Notes under the pieces: model-generated
The model's database searches: none
Told to the model about the DNA's origin: nothing
Seen by the model: the letters and a program-made list of their open reading frames with translations, nothing else
Program-made: the position numbers and the translations under genes
Origin: Octopus sinensis
Lineage: Eukaryota
Direction of reading: 5' to 3'
NCBI RefSeq assembly: GCF_006345805.1
Contig: NC_043011.1
Coordinates: 34,298,464-34,362,463, forward strand
DNA: 64,000 nt
Part shown: one piece after another, positions 1-15,115 of the stretch
Layout: every line of letters begins with the position of its first letter
Numbering within the stretch: the stretch's first letter is position 1

Positions 1-79
1 TGTATATTTTTATTTAGAATATCTCTGTTTGGCTTCCGCTTTTCAATTTTTAAAAAATAAAGAAAGGCACAGGTATGGC

Positions 80-459
80 GGATCTAGTTAAACTAATTCA
101 CAAAACCCTAACCCTAAAATCCTAACTCTAACACACTAACCCTAAAACCCTGAAGCTAAAACCAGTACAAACGCATGAATGATGTCATAAATAACGGTGA
201 CAAACGAAGTATACACTGCCGGAAGTTCTTGTTGACAAACAACAGTAATTTTATTCAGCTGAATACACGTCATTGATTGGTTGAAATTACCGAATTACTA
301 CAACTTTAACGTGAAACAACTTCCTAAATTTAAGCTTTTATCAAAAACGCCAACAGTAAAAGATGTTTTATATGACACATTCTACCAGTGTCCGAAATTT
401 GCAAGTGTTTAGTTACAAAAAATTATTTTTTAAATCTGTCGGTCAAAAGGTAAAGATCT
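80..459. mobile_element. Merlin-type MITE family B, degenerate left end
   Basis: Right end GGTCAAAAGGTAAAGATCT and body match the TSD-flanked copy at 36399-36810; contains CCCTAA-like repeats; no TSD seen. Confidence 0.7.
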
Positions 460-907
460 TAAATATGCATACATATATAGCTGCATACACATATGCACAA
501 ACACAAGCATACGCGTGCAGACACACTCACATACACACAAACTCTGTCTGTCTGACTTTCACTCTCACTCACTCTCTTTAATTACCTAATAAATGTGTCT
601 TAATATGATTGCTTTACCTGTTTGAAATAACAGCTAAATTTTGCTCGAATTGTAACTTGACATCTGCAAAAAAGAAAAAGAAAAAAGATATGCTGAATAA
701 CGAATTGAAATGAGACAGGATGGGCGTGGCTAGAACGTTTCAATCATTTCATCAGAAATAACCTGGAACAGAACAATATCACCGATGCAAACCATTGGTT
801 TTTCCTGTATCTTCCTGCAACAAGATACATGCATACATACATACATGCACGCACAGATATATACACATACACAGACACACATATACATACATAAACACAC
901 ATACATT

Positions 908-938
<31 letters not shown>

Positions 939-1097
939 GCACATATATATATATATATACTTTATTTTAAGCAGCAGAAAAATTCAACAAAACAGATTTT
1001 GTTGAATTTTCTGCTGCTTAAAATAAAGCATATTACTCTACCACTGGTATTTGAGTACTCTTTTTTCCACCTTGTTTCACATTTATGTGTTTACTAC

Positions 1098-1138
<41 letters not shown>

Positions 1139-2602
1139 TTGCGTCAGAAATTAATTAGCACTTCTCAAATTTCTACATTAAATAGGTTAAATCAATTAAG
1201 CTATGAGCTGTTCAAAACGTCTTACGCGATGAGAAAACTTAGTATGGTGTGATTTCGGTCCTTGCGAGGCGCTACCTATATCTATTAAACAAAGGAAGAT
1301 TTGTCTGCATCCGCACTCCAAGTTGTTGCACTGCTATGTCAACATCATAAGGCTGTAGACTCTCAAACTGCTCTGCAAACAAAGTTACGTCATCGTTCTG
1401 CGCAACAGTGAACTCGCAACAAAGCAATAGTTCGAGATATGGCCACTAGGTGACAGCACATACCTTGAGTGAAGAGCAAATCAAGGGTGCTAATTAATTT
1501 CTGACGGTAGTGTATATATACATACGCTGGCACATGCACATATACATACATGCAAGCATACCCATCCATACATACACATACGTATGCACACACAAATGTG
1601 TGTATGCATGTATGTGTTCAAATTAAGCAAAAACAACAAATGTTTGCGTGTGTGTATGTGTGTGTCTGCAGGTGTTGTGTGTACGCGCATGTGTGGTAAG
1701 CGTGTGTGGAATGCTTATGAATAATGTAACCGCAAACAGAACCAACAATTAATCAAAGCAAATATTTGACATATTGAAAATAGGTCAAAGAATAAAGGTT
1801 ACTTTGTTGTATTTTATTACAATAAATTTTATTAAAATATTATATCATATGGCATGGTTAGAAAGTGTGCCGCTGGGTGTAACCCTTGACTTTTCCATCC
1901 CCTTGCTCCTTTTCATTCTATACAGGCTCATGTAGCAGACTCAGAAGTGTTGCTTGGTGAGACCGTCCCTCTCACCTCTTCCCAGCTACATATCATCTGC
2001 ACATCTTTTCTTGAAACAGCTGTAAGGAAATATCTGCAGTGTACCTTCTAATGATCTATACTCATGTAACAACTCAAACCTCTTGCTTGAATATATACAT
2101 GTCATATTCTAACCTGAGAGGATGTCTGTGTGTGCAACAGTTGAACTGGTCTCTCTATAGAGGCAGTACCCCAAGGTGGGATTACTTTGAACTTTTTTTA
2201 GAATACCAGCAATTACTGGAGACTTTTTGGGTTCTGTTAAAAAAAGCTTATCTTTAGGATGTAACCCTAGACATAGTAAGGATGTGCTTTCACTAGGAAA
2301 TATTGTTGGTAATAATGAGGTCCGACATTCGGAGTGACTGTGGGATTTGACTAGAAAGCTTGAAACAGGGCGGATTCCGCTAAAGGCACCCAAGGACTAG
2401 GTGACTGTTAAAATCAGAAAAAAGAAATTCAAGTAGGCTTTCGCGGGATTTGAACTCAAATGCAAACAAATGGAACAAATACCGCAAGGCCATCCCAGCC
2501 AACACTGTAACAATCCATTCCACTAGTCTATTGCTTTAGACTATACATGTGTGTGTGTGCATGTACCTATGTATTTATGTATGTATGCCTGCATGCACAC
2601 AT

Positions 2603-2992
2603 ACTCTTTTACTTGTTTCAGTCATTTGACTGCGGCCATGATGGAGCACCGCCTTTAGTCGAGCAAATCGACCCCGGGACTTATTCTTTTGTAAGCCCAG
2701 TACTTATTCTATCGATCTCTTTCGCCGAACCGCTAAGTGACGGGGACGTAAACACACCAGCATCGGTTGTCAAGCAATGCTAGGGGGACAAACACAGGCA
2801 CACAAACACACACACATATATATATATATACACACACATATATACGACAGGCTTCTTTCAGTTTCCGTCAACCAAATCCACTCACAAGGCATTGGTTGGC
2901 CTGGGGCTATAGCAGAAGACACTTGCCCAAGATGCCACGCAGTGGGACTGAACCCGGAACCATGTGGTTACCACACAGCCACTCCTGCGCCT
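2603..2992 (-). mobile_element. tRNA-derived SINE, abundant family 1
   Basis: On the minus strand, A-box-like TGGCTGTGTGGTAA and B-box-like GGTTCAGTCCC head, internal CA/TA microsatellite, (AAGAGT)n tail; many near-identical copies in the window. Confidence 0.9.
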
Positions 2993-3199
2993 TTTCAACT
3001 TATACATTAGGTAGAATATCACTTGATGAAATGGTGGCAGTTTAACATTAGAATTCATACTATGTAACGGATTTGTATTTGAATTAAACCACTCAATTGA
3101 ATCGCATGTAGTGATGTTCAAAACTCTCCATTCATCTTTGCTTGCTCCCGCTCTCTCTTTATATATATATACATAGCTTATTGAACTTTGATATACTAT

Positions 3200-3597
3200 T
3201 TACTCTTTTACTTGTTTCAGTCATTTGACTGTGGCCATGCTGGAGCACCACCTTTAGTCGATCGAGCAAATCGACCCCAGGACTTATTCTCTGTAAGCCT
3301 AGTACTTATTCTATCGGTCTCTTTTGCCAAACCGCTAAGTTACGGGGACATAAACGCACCAGCATCGGTTGTCAAGCGATGTTGGGGGGACAAACACAGA
3401 CACACAAACATATACACACACATACATATATACGACGGGCTTCTTTTCAGTTTCCGCCTACCAAATCCACTCACAAGGCTTTGGTCAGCTCGAGGCTATA
3501 GAAGAAGACACTTGCCCAAGGTGCCACGCAGAGGGACTGAACCCAGAACCATGTGGTTCGTAAGCAAGCTACTTACCACACAGCCACTCCTACGCCT
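3200..3597 (-). mobile_element. SINE family 1
   Basis: Full-length match to the other family-1 copies. Confidence 0.9.
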
Positions 3598-4855
3598 ATA
3601 TATGGGAATAATTTACAACCTTCTATGTCAATAAACCACTACTGTTCCTGAAAGTCTTTTTTTTTAAACCTTCTATGAACTACTCAAAGCTCACTAACAT
3701 CCTACTTCCTAGTGAATTTTGGCCACTATCTTGGATTTCTGCATTCTTGCAAAAAAATTTTTTATTAGAATAAGCTTATTTTATATCAATAAATTTAAGT
3801 TATTGTTTTTATATAGTTTCATTCAAAATTTATATAGTTTCATTCATGCATTATATATATTAAAATGCGATCTTTTGTCGTTTTGTGGGAGTTATCAACC
3901 TTCAAGGGATATGTATAAGAAGGTTATCGCATTCAATTTGCGGAAATTTTGGTTTTGAGATGATATTTGGACCCAACCAAAACTTTTGTGAGGGTTCCAA
4001 GAAAACATCACCCGCTACTCTCTACTCTCACCTCTGTTTTTGCCCACTCTTAATATTTCTCTCTGTGTCTCTCCTTGTCTATCTAAGGACTACATTATCC
4101 AATGTGTACGTCAAGTTTTTAATACAGACGATGAATAATGTGAGTGGAAGTTTGGCTGTTATTTTTAGCATATCAATTGACCGCGTAGTTGTTTTCTTCG
4201 TCGGTTTATTTCAAAGACTGTTGTATAGCCTTAGGCAAATTCTCATCAAATATGTTCCAGCCATGACCACCTTCCTGTATTAGGTGTATTTAGGATTATA
4301 TTACTCATCTACTGTTTTTTTCTCCTTTTGCCAAACAGAAAAATTTTTTTTGAGAGAAATTGGCTCTCTGGGAAAATCTGTAGACGCGTAACTACAGGCG
4401 TGCTTCTGAGGTAAGAAGCTTGGTCTTGGGTTCAGTCCCACTATGTAGTATATTAGGCTAGTGCCTTCCACTATAGTCCCGGGAAGACGGAAACTCAAAA
4501 CCCGTCTTATTTATGTGCGTGTGCGTTTTGTTTGGCCCCTTCCACTATTTGAGAACCGGTGTTAGTTTAAGTTATTTAAGTGACGCAGGAGATATGAAAA
4601 TTGTGATTTGTTCAAGTAATTGCTCGAATAAATTTCTAACTTTCGTTTTCAATGAACTGTTTTGATTTTTAAAATATTTCATTTGTAATGTGCTATTTTG
4701 TAAATTTACCAGTTCCCGTAACTTAGCGGTTCGGCAAAAGTGAATAAGTACTAGACTTACAAAAGATACTAAACCCTTCAAGAAAACAGAAACAGAAACA
4801 AGAAAATGAGGAACGCGCTGAGGGGGAAACGAAAAGGAAACGGTATGCGAAAGAA

Positions 4856-5083
4856 GGCGAGCTGGCAGAAACATTAGCACGCCGGGCGAAATGTGTAGCC
4901 GTATTTCGTCTGCCGTTACGTTCTGAGTTCAAATTCCGCCGAGGTCGACTTTGCCTTTCATCCTTTCGGGGTCGATAAATTAAGTACCAGTTACGCACTG
5001 GGGTCGATGTAATCGACTTAATACCTATGTCTGTCCTTGTTTGTCCCCTCTGTGTTTAGCCCCTTGTGGGTAATAAAGAAATA
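4856..5083 (+). mobile_element. tRNA-derived SINE family 2 (Meta-domain-like core)
   Basis: GGCGAGCTGGCAGAA head, GAGTTCAAATTCC B-box, GCCTTTCATCCTTTCGGGGTCGATAAATTAAGTACCAG core; repeated at 21.3, 50.6 and 51.8 kb. Confidence 0.85.
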
Positions 5084-5739
5084 GGTATGCGAAAGAAAAC
5101 CAAAGGAACGACTGAAAACAAAAAAAAAGGGAGATATAACTGGAGAGATGCGGGGAGAGGGATCTCTTCTGTTTGGTTGCCAAAATTTCAAAAATCAAAT
5201 TTACTGAAAATTTTAAAATGTAGCACACTTATGTAGTTTTCCAAGCTAAATTGCTGGAGGAATTTCATTTTTTTGAGAAAAAATTTTAAAAAAAGTTATA
5301 GAGGTTTAAAGTTTAATAGTTTTCACCCAGTCAGGAAACAGGATTTGGAAGCTGTCATTTTGTGCGTGACTGTACATTTTGTCAACATCCTGAAATTAAC
5401 ACGTGTGTTTTTATATGAAACCATAAACAAATGAATTACGCACGACATGTAATACCTCATAACTTACATTTTGGGAATTTTCAGAAAATCTTTGCGAATT
5501 TGTATTCTACACGTGAGAATTCATACGATTATGCTGGGGGGGAAATGTGTGGGTACGTGATGTAAGGCCTATTTAGCTGTTATTTTTAGCACACCTTACA
5601 ACCACATCGTTGAGAAGAGAACGAGTAAACAACACGTATTTTGTAGTTTTAAGCATTCAAAATGCGATAAACAGCACATTACAATATATCCGCAAATTTC
5701 CAAGCAGAAAACAGAATCGAACTGACATTTGCTTCCACG

Positions 5740-6260
5740 GAAATACCCGAAGCGAGGTGTTTTGATTTTGTCGAGTTATATCGAAAGAATGCCCCCAATT
5801 CTCATATCTCCTGCACCACATAAATTCACAGAGATATGAATCTACCATAGAACGCCGAGTGCCACAGCGTCCTTTATTACCTTGCTTTACAGAGGTCCAC
5901 GTACTCTTGTTGAGTAGTGTGGGTACCATCTTTCGAGATAACAACCCCAATGCTGTGGTTCACCGTTCTATTCTCAAAATTGTAACCATCAATTTTCAGA
6001 AATGTGAGAGTACGCCCTCCACAAATCGCTGAAAACTGTGGTTCCTGGAAGAATCGAGTGACGTATGCATTCCTCCAGTGTGTTACGATTCCGACATGGC
6101 ACCGCACAAAGAAAAACCTGTCTGGTCTCGAGACACACTCCTCCGAAAACCCACTGCTCAGACTGAACTCTTCCTCGGTTGAGAAGACTGTTTCGTCGAT
6201 GTCAACAATCTTCGAAGGACCACCAACCTTAACTGGATGACGGAGAACCGGACTGAAGAC
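5740..6260 (-). pseudogene. Merlin (IS1595/ISXO2-like) DDE transposase remnant, frameshifted
   Basis: Minus-strand frames give GGPSKIVDIDET, QWVFGG, ILPGTTVFSDLWRAY, TVNHS and DSYLCEFMWCRRY, the Merlin motif series in order. Confidence 0.9.
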
Positions 6261-7667
6261 AATTCTTAACCCATGAGTAAAAGAAAAGCACTACAGTCCC
6301 AAGAGGAAGGGTTCCGCCTTCAAATCATGTGTTTTTCCCTACTGTCACATACTCCATGGTGCGAGCATTGCCAGTACATATTCTCACCACGATTTTTGTA
6401 CTCATAAAATGCTTCTTCGTTTTGCATAATATTCTTTTGGGTAAAACACCCTTTTCTTGCAAGTACAAAATAACATCCATATCTGGTGCGTGATTTAAAA
6501 ACTATTTAGCTGCTATTTTTCGCACATACGTCAACCACCTAAGTGACGCGAATATACTTGTTAAAATGCGCTTTCTCGCAGACTAGAGTTCTCATGTTTG
6601 GCTTATTACTATGGAAACAGACATGAATGTGTCTGTGGCTTACGATTGGCTAAAATTACTCAAAATTTTCAAACTTTAATAGCTAATATACTTTTTATTT
6701 ATTGATATATGGCAAAAATGATTTTCGTGGTATTGATTAGCATATAAAAGTATATCATTACACTGAATATGAAATCAATTCAAACAGAAATTGAAACATC
6801 TGGGGAAAGAAAAGGAGAGAATGGCAGAGAGTGGTAAGTAAAAGCGGGAAGTGGAAAAAATAGTAAGAGAATATGAGAGAAAGAGAGGGTGGGAGACAGT
6901 AGGAAGTAAAGGAAGAAAGTGTAAGAGAAAGAGAAATAAATACAGGAAAAAAATAGGTTTAAAAAGAAAGATAAATAGACAGCGCGAGAGAGGGGGAAAA
7001 GAAAGAGGAGAAAATGAAGGTAAGAGTAGGCGGAATAGAAGAGTAACACATTAAGAGAGAGAGAGAAGGGGGGGAGAAAAGAAAGTTTAAGAGGAACAGC
7101 GAGAAAAATAAAATAAAGAGATAAAGAATGGCGGGGCATAAAACGAGGTTAAGTGAAGGAGTAAGTGGAGAAATAGAAATAAACATAGAGAGAGAGTAGA
7201 AAATAAGGTGTAGGAGGGAGTAATAGAAGAAATAGGGAGAGAGATACTAACAGGGAAAGAAAGAGAGGGAGAGAGAGAGTGAGAGAAAAAGAAAAGACAC
7301 TCCTGAAACTGAAGAATAAGAATGAGAAATATATAAAAGAGACATGAGAGAGGGAACGGAAGAGGAAGATAAGGTGAGAGGAGAGAGGAAGGAAGGAGTA
7401 GCAAGCGAAATAAAAAGAGACAAACTCTCAGAAAGAGAGGGAGAGAAACGCATAAACTATGAACACATTCATATTATTATAATACATTGAGTTGGAAGTA
7501 TATAGGGGAGTAAGCTGCAAAAAAGTTATAATATACACAGACGTGTGTCTGTGTGTGTATATATATATATATATATATGTTCAATATGCAATAAAGGGTG
7601 GAATATAATTAATCAATTTCACCTAGTAGATTTATCGGTATGGAAAAGACCATATTTGGTAAGGGTT

Positions 7668-7916
7668 ATAATAATTATAATTAAGGGTTAAATGCAACAA
7701 GTTGCTCAAAACCACATACCGAAAATATTAGAAATAGCAGCCAAAATTGATCACTATTTCCTCTACTAATAAAAAGTCTCCACAAAAAGTCTGTTTGTTT
7801 GTGGAGACTTTTTATTAGTAGAGGAAATAGTGATCAATTTTGGCTGCTATTTCTAATATTTTCGGTATGTGGTTTTGAGCAACTTGTTGCATTTAACCCT
7901 TAATTATAATTATTAT
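7668..7916. repeat. Perfect palindrome, 119-bp arms, 11-nt loop
   Basis: 7668-7786 is the reverse complement of 7798-7916; no mismatch found by eye. Confidence 0.95.
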
Positions 7917-8227
7917 TATTATATATATATATATATATATATATATCAGTAAAGAAATCAATAAATCACTCAATGTGTGTGAGAGAGAGGGTGTATGTGT
8001 GTGTGCATGTTTATGTGTATTTCTATTTGCATATGTATACGTTTGTGTTGTGTCTCTGTGCTCGTAACTTCTCTCTGTTCGATAGTGGCGACCAGACTGA
8101 AATAATAACTTGGATCGATGAAAGGGAGTAAAACTTCCTAAAGACGGTGCCCCAGCATGGGCTGCAGTGAAATGACTGAAGCAAATGAAACTATCTATCT
8201 ATCTATCTGTCTATCTGAATGGATATG

Positions 8228-8422
8228 TATTGTATAGATGGCATTATTACACATAAAAGCCTCACACGAAGAGGGACATAAGTCATTACTACCAAAATTT
8301 CACTAATCGTACCTAATGCAGTGAAAAACTGCATTAGGTACGATTAGTGAAATTTTGGTAGTAATGACTTATGTCCCTCTTAGTGTGAGGCATTTATGTG
8401 TAATAATGCCCTCTATACAATA
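8228..8422. repeat. Near-perfect palindrome, 95-bp arms, 5-nt loop
   Basis: 8228-8322 vs 8328-8422; three mismatches, all in the outer part; loop GAAAA. Confidence 0.95.
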
Positions 8423-8879
8423 TAAATTAATATGTTCAAAAGAAAAAAATTATTTTCGAATTTTTCTCTTATGAGGTTTTTCACGCTAACTACCTGATAA
8501 CTTCTTGTTAAGATTCCTTATTAAGAAGTTATTCTTAATTGTTAAATTTATTCTGAATGGATATGTATATATGTGGATATGTCTGTGTGTGTATATTATC
8601 GAGACTGATACTACACACACCTGTTACTTCTCTAACGCTAGGTCAGCACTCAACGAGTAGACTTACGATGAAAGGTGTTTCATTCGTGACTTCCCCGTCT
8701 TTTCTTCGAGACAGCATTATCTAATGTGAACTTGTTCCTTCTCATTAAAGTCATGATTTGACAGATATTAAATTGTTGTCTGTTGATGTTCCAACGATCA
8801 CTTTAGAGGTTTACATCTTAAATGCGGCTAACATACACACGTGTGTGCTAAGTGTACAAAAAGTTTTATTTTACAACCA

Positions 8880-8918
<39 letters not shown>

Positions 8919-9129
8919 ATAGACAAATAAATAGATTGATATTGTTGATGTCTTAAGAATTTTAAGAAGTTTCGCGGGACCGTGAAAGAATTCTGTTTTG
9001 GAACACTGCCAAAGAGGATAACGTTGTAAACAGGGTTGAAAGACCAGTTTGAATAGAAAAAGTCGAAGGCTGCAGGTGGAACACGAACTCACGCCTGTAA
9101 AGAAAGGAAAATTTACATACACATACATA

Positions 9130-10380
<1,251 letters not shown>

Positions 10381-10554
10381 AATATATACATATACGTTTA
10401 TGAATTCGTTTGCAAGATTCCTGTTGTGAAATTGTGTATTGAAACAAATATTGTATTTCCGGATGGTAATTTTTTTTTTCCAAATAAACGCACTATATAT
10501 ATTTTTTCTTCACTGGTTTATTACTTTTCTTATGTTATTTTAACTCATGTCCAT

Positions 10555-10600
10555 TGTCCGGAAATCTTTCGTCACACATCTGTGACCTCTTCAGCGACAC
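10555..10600 (-). ncRNA. Type I hammerhead ribozyme motif (minimal, Penelope-type)
   Basis: Minus strand reads GTGTCG-CTGAAGA-G-GTCACA-GATG-TGTGAC-GAAA-GATT-TC/CGGACA; core intact, perfect 6-bp stem II, bulged stem I. Confidence 0.7.
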
Positions 10601-11799
10601 TTTTCCTTTTCGTGTGTGTTTTTCATTCACTAATTCCATTCTCATTTACATACATATATATTATATTATATTATATTATATTATATATATGTATATATAT
10701 ATGTATATGTATATATACATACATACGGCATAACTATAGATGTATACCCCACTGACTTTGTTACCTCATAAGTTCCAGTAAAATAGATGCTTTTTAACGA
10801 AACATTCAACAAATAATCGCTTAGATCCTGTACATTGAGCATATCTAAAGATTTGTTGCTAAAATTTTTTCTGGGAGGTTGGGGAGAGGAGTTTCGGAAA
10901 ATTCACACCACCTGACATTTTCCTACTCACAACTTTCAGGAAAATGGGTATCTTTTAATGAAATTTCATACAAATACCTTTCAAACGGTGTAGATTACGA
11001 TTACAAAGAAATTTGTTGGCAAAATGTTTTTGGAAGGGGATGGGTAGGAGTTTCTGGAAAATGGAGTCTCGGATTAGACCAGCCCGCATAAGTTGGGATT
11101 TCTCCGTTTTGACGGGGATTTTTTCTACTTTTTTTTTCAGAAACATCTTCGGAATGAAGGGAGACATCTTTTCAGGTAAAAATGAAAAAAAATTTTCTTC
11201 TCATAAACACATTTTATGGAATGGTGATGCCAAAGAACACATAAACAAAGAAAAAAAAATAACTTAAATTTTTACTCGCACGCACACACACACACATACA
11301 TACATAAATACATACATACATACATACATACATACGTGCATACATACATACATACATACATACATCTTTCAGTCTTTTATATCCTTTCTGTCAACACCTC
11401 AAATGTAAAATTCTTCTCCGCAGGTATTATCCAATGATAGAATCAATTTACAATCATTATTTTCGACCACCAAGCCCCAGAAACAACTGTTGGATTCTTA
11501 AAACTTCTTATTCACCTCTTTTAATCCTTGATATCATTTCTGTTGTGTTAGTCGGACCATTTTATATGTAAATATATGTACATATTTTTGTATATCGGCT
11601 TGCCTAACTTACTCGTCCTTACATTTACTTCTATACCTGCTCCAGTTTAAATCCCTTGAGCACTACGAAGTTTATTCCATACGGAGAATATGCCTCTCTC
11701 TCTCTCTCACACACACATATATAATTTGAGCTGCTTATAGTGATCACCTTTTGGTATATAAACACATTTTAGCTAACAATCAGCAGAGGTATAGTAGAG

Positions 11800-11985
11800 A
11801 GGATGTCGTTTACTATAATCACATAATCATGGATAATGTTATCAAACCATTATCTAAATTAGTGAGTCCAAAATACTATTAGTGGACAACCAGTAGATAT
11901 TTATATCCTTAGAGTAATAGGCGACTCACTGATTTCGACAATAACCTTATCCATGACTTTGTGATTATAATAAGCGGCATCCACT
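11800..11985. repeat. Old imperfect fold-back element
   Basis: GGATGTCGTTTACTATAATCACATAATCATGGATAA..AGTGAGTC is inverted against GACTCACT..TTATCCATGACTTTGTGATTATAATAAGCGGCATCC. Confidence 0.7.
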
Positions 11986-13370
11986 GTACTCCGACACACA
12001 TACGGTTAATCCACCACAAATTACTATTGCCAATACCCCTTACAAGACAAACTGAGTTGTCAATACCTTAGTAGTAGAAACAGTATTTACATTCGAAGCA
12101 TTTGAAGGTGAGAGCGGCAGCAACAGTAGTAGTAGCAGTAGTGGTAGTGGTGGTCGTTTTAGTAGTAGTCACAGTCAAACTTCACATATAGTTCGATGGC
12201 TGGCCGGCCTGTCTAATATACATACATGTGTGTGCGTGTGACATGGATACATATATACATATAATGACATATTAACAGTATGTTTTGTATAATGTAGTTT
12301 AATAAAACAGACAGGCAACAGTATCTTGAAATAAATATAGAAGATACATATGTATAATATAATACCTATTTAATACAGAAGAGAATATATATATATACTT
12401 ACATATACATATATATATGCGAATAAATTTATATAAATATACACATATACATCCATTTGCACATCATATATATATATGAATATATTTTTATAAATATACA
12501 CGCATATATATAAATTTGAACAAAAATACACATATATTGTCACTGTGTATATTTATACATACATATGTTTCTTACATACAAAGGATTTACCTGGAAAATT
12601 ATAATTTCACCTTGTTAGTTGTATCAGGAGTACAAAATATTAAAGGCAACAGGAGTACAAAATATTAAACGCAAGAGGAGTACAAAATATTGAATACATT
12701 CGGAGTAACTAAGAAGGAAAAACGAGACACGTTGTTGTTTACATTCGTTTGACACAGAATAAACTTTTTTTTGGCTAAAAACTTACCTTCGTTCACCTGT
12801 TAGTGGTCAGGTAAGTTGATATTAAGTGCACATAACCTCTTACCTTTTCTCTGTTTCTGCTCGACTTAACATCCCATCTCTTTTTCCACTATATATGTAT
12901 ATATATATATATATATATACATACATACATACGTACACACGCACGTACATGCATGCGCGTGAGTGTACACCATTTCCTTGTGTTTCTGCTCTTTTTCCAG
13001 TCTATCCATGCATACATGTGTGTGTGTGTGTATAGTAATAGTACAAGACGTGGACTTGCTCTGCGGCCAAGCTTACGAGCTGCCTTTAACGTGTCTATGT
13101 ACCTGTGTATGCGTATGATCAGAATGTGTATTTGTGTACTTGTATATTATAGACGTAGCATGATCCAATAGTTTAAGAAGTTCGCTTCGCCTTTAAGAGA
13201 TATCGAGAGCAATTCCGCCTCTTGTCATTTTGGGTACATGTTCCTTTTACATCACAGTACCGGTTTCAACGCAAGTAGCCGGGCGTATTGTACCCCTACT
13301 TCAAGGCATTATTATCGATCCTGTTTAAAGATTACGTCGGGAGGTATTATATGTCGGTGGAATACACAAA

Positions 13371-13620
13371 CAATCATACACGAATTCAATGTATTAGCAG
13401 TTCTGCTGATTGAGCAAGAACTTCATCGGAATCGACGGAGATCCATTTGTATACATACACACACACACGCGCGCGCGCACGCACGTATCAAGCAATCATA
13501 CACGAATTCAATGTATTAGCAGTTCTGCTGATTGAGCAAGAACTTCATCGGAATCGACGGAGATCCATTTGTATACATACACACACACACACGCGCGCGC
13601 GCGCGCGCACGCACGTATCA
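13371..13620. repeat. Tandem duplication, 122-bp period, 2 copies
   Basis: CAATCATACACGAATTC... at 13371 and 13493. Confidence 0.95.
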
Positions 13621-13992
13621 CATCGAAGGGACTGATGTTCGTTCCCGCCTGAGATGGGTGCTTATAATTAGCGTTACAATTTTCATAATCTCAAGTAGAT
13701 ATTTAATCAACAGGTAGTCGGTGTGTGTCTGTCTATCTATTGATCGATCGAGGTAGCTAGCTAGCTAGCTATGCCTTGACCGACTGACTTAGACTTTTTT
13801 CTCTCTCATCTATCTTTTCTTTAGAAGAGCGTGAGTTCGAAGCTTTAAGATTTTCTCCATATAAAGCGCCAGCCTAATGCAACCTGTTGTTGTTCTTTCA
13901 CCTTGTCTGAGTGTTTTCTGCTGAAGTAGAAGTATTGGAAAATAGAATGATCGAAACATTTTACTTTGGCACACACACACACACACATTTTA

Positions 13993-14209
13993 TATGAGAG
14001 TGTTGAAAAGTTCCTGGCTTTAAGGATGTCGCAAAACGCCTAGCTGGAGGCCCAACCTCCCGAGTTCTTTTCAGGACTTAGAAAAACTGAAGGACCACTG
14101 CAATAAGTGTGTGAATCTGTGAAGGAATATGTTGAACTAAACCATAATTAAATTATCCTCCTGTATTTTCTTTTACCCAAAGTCAAGAACCTTTCAACAT
14201 CCCCTCGTA
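13993..14209 (+). mobile_element. Mariner-derived MITE
   Basis: TA-flanked TIRs (TGTTGAAAAGTTCCTGGCTTT / AAAGTCAAGAACCTTTCAACATCCCCTCG); internal remnant resembling the mariner C-terminus. Confidence 0.75.
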
Positions 14210-14417
14210 GATATAGATATAAATATATACATACATTCACACTGACACACAACACAAACACGATGGGCTTCTTCAGTTTTCGTCCACCAAATCCACTCAA
14301 GGATTTGGTCAGTCCGAGGCTAGTAGAAGACACTTGCCCAGGTGCCACACAGTGGGACTGAACCCGGAACCATGTGGTTAGGAAATAAACTTCTCACCAT
14401 ACAGCCACACCTGCACC

Positions 14418-14465
<48 letters not shown>

Positions 14466-14476
14466 ACACACACACA

Positions 14477-14507
<31 letters not shown>

Positions 14508-14897
14508 GCGCGCGCGCGCGTATCACATCGAAGGGACTGATGTTCGTTCCCGCCTGAGATGGGTGCTTATAATTAGCGTTACAATTTTCATAATCTCAAG
14601 TAGATATTTAATCAACAGGTAGTCGGTGTGTGTCTGTCTATCTATTGATCGATCGAGGTAGCTAGCTAGCTAGCTATGCCTTGACCGACTGACTTAGACT
14701 TTTTTCTCTCTCATCTATCTTTTCTTTAGAAGAGCGTGAGTTCGAAGCTTTAAGATTTTCTCCATATAAAGCGCCAGCCTAATGCAACCTGTTGTTGTTC
14801 TTTCACCTTGTCTGAGTGTTTTCTGCTGAAGTAGAAGTATTGGAAAATAGAATGATCGAAACATTTTACTTTGGCACACACACACACACACATTTTA

Positions 14898-15115
14898 TAT
14901 GAGAGTGTTGAAAAGTTCCTGGCTTTAAGGATGTCGCAAAACGCCTAGCTGGAGGCCCAACCTCCCGAGTTCTTTTCAGGACTTAGAAAAACTGAAGGAC
15001 CACTGCAATAAGTGTGTGAATCTGTGAAGGAAATATGTTGAACTAAACCATAATTAAATTATCCTCCTGTATTTTCTTTTACCCAAAGTCAAGAACCTTT
15101 CAACATCCCCTCGTA
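14898..15115 (+). mobile_element. Mariner-derived MITE (duplicated copy)
   Basis: Copy of 13993-14209 inside the tandem duplication. Confidence 0.75.

Noticed and set aside
115-150. CCCTAA/TTAGGG runs as a true telomere
   Set aside because: Short, degenerate and embedded in MITEs or duplications.
730-760. CTGATGA..GAAACGTT on the minus strand as a hammerhead
   Set aside because: Stem I does not pair and stem II has a 1-nt loop.
1950-2330. Possible LINE reverse-transcriptase 3' remnant on the minus strand
   Set aside because: Only vague resemblance (LEG..KKRCADD); too decayed to call.
12626-12695. 3 x 25-bp repeat CAGGAGTACAAAATATT..
   Set aside because: Ordinary short minisatellite with no further structure.
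13920-13965. CTGAAGTAG..TCGAAACAT (also in the duplicate copy) as a hammerhead
   Set aside because: Core broken and no stem II.
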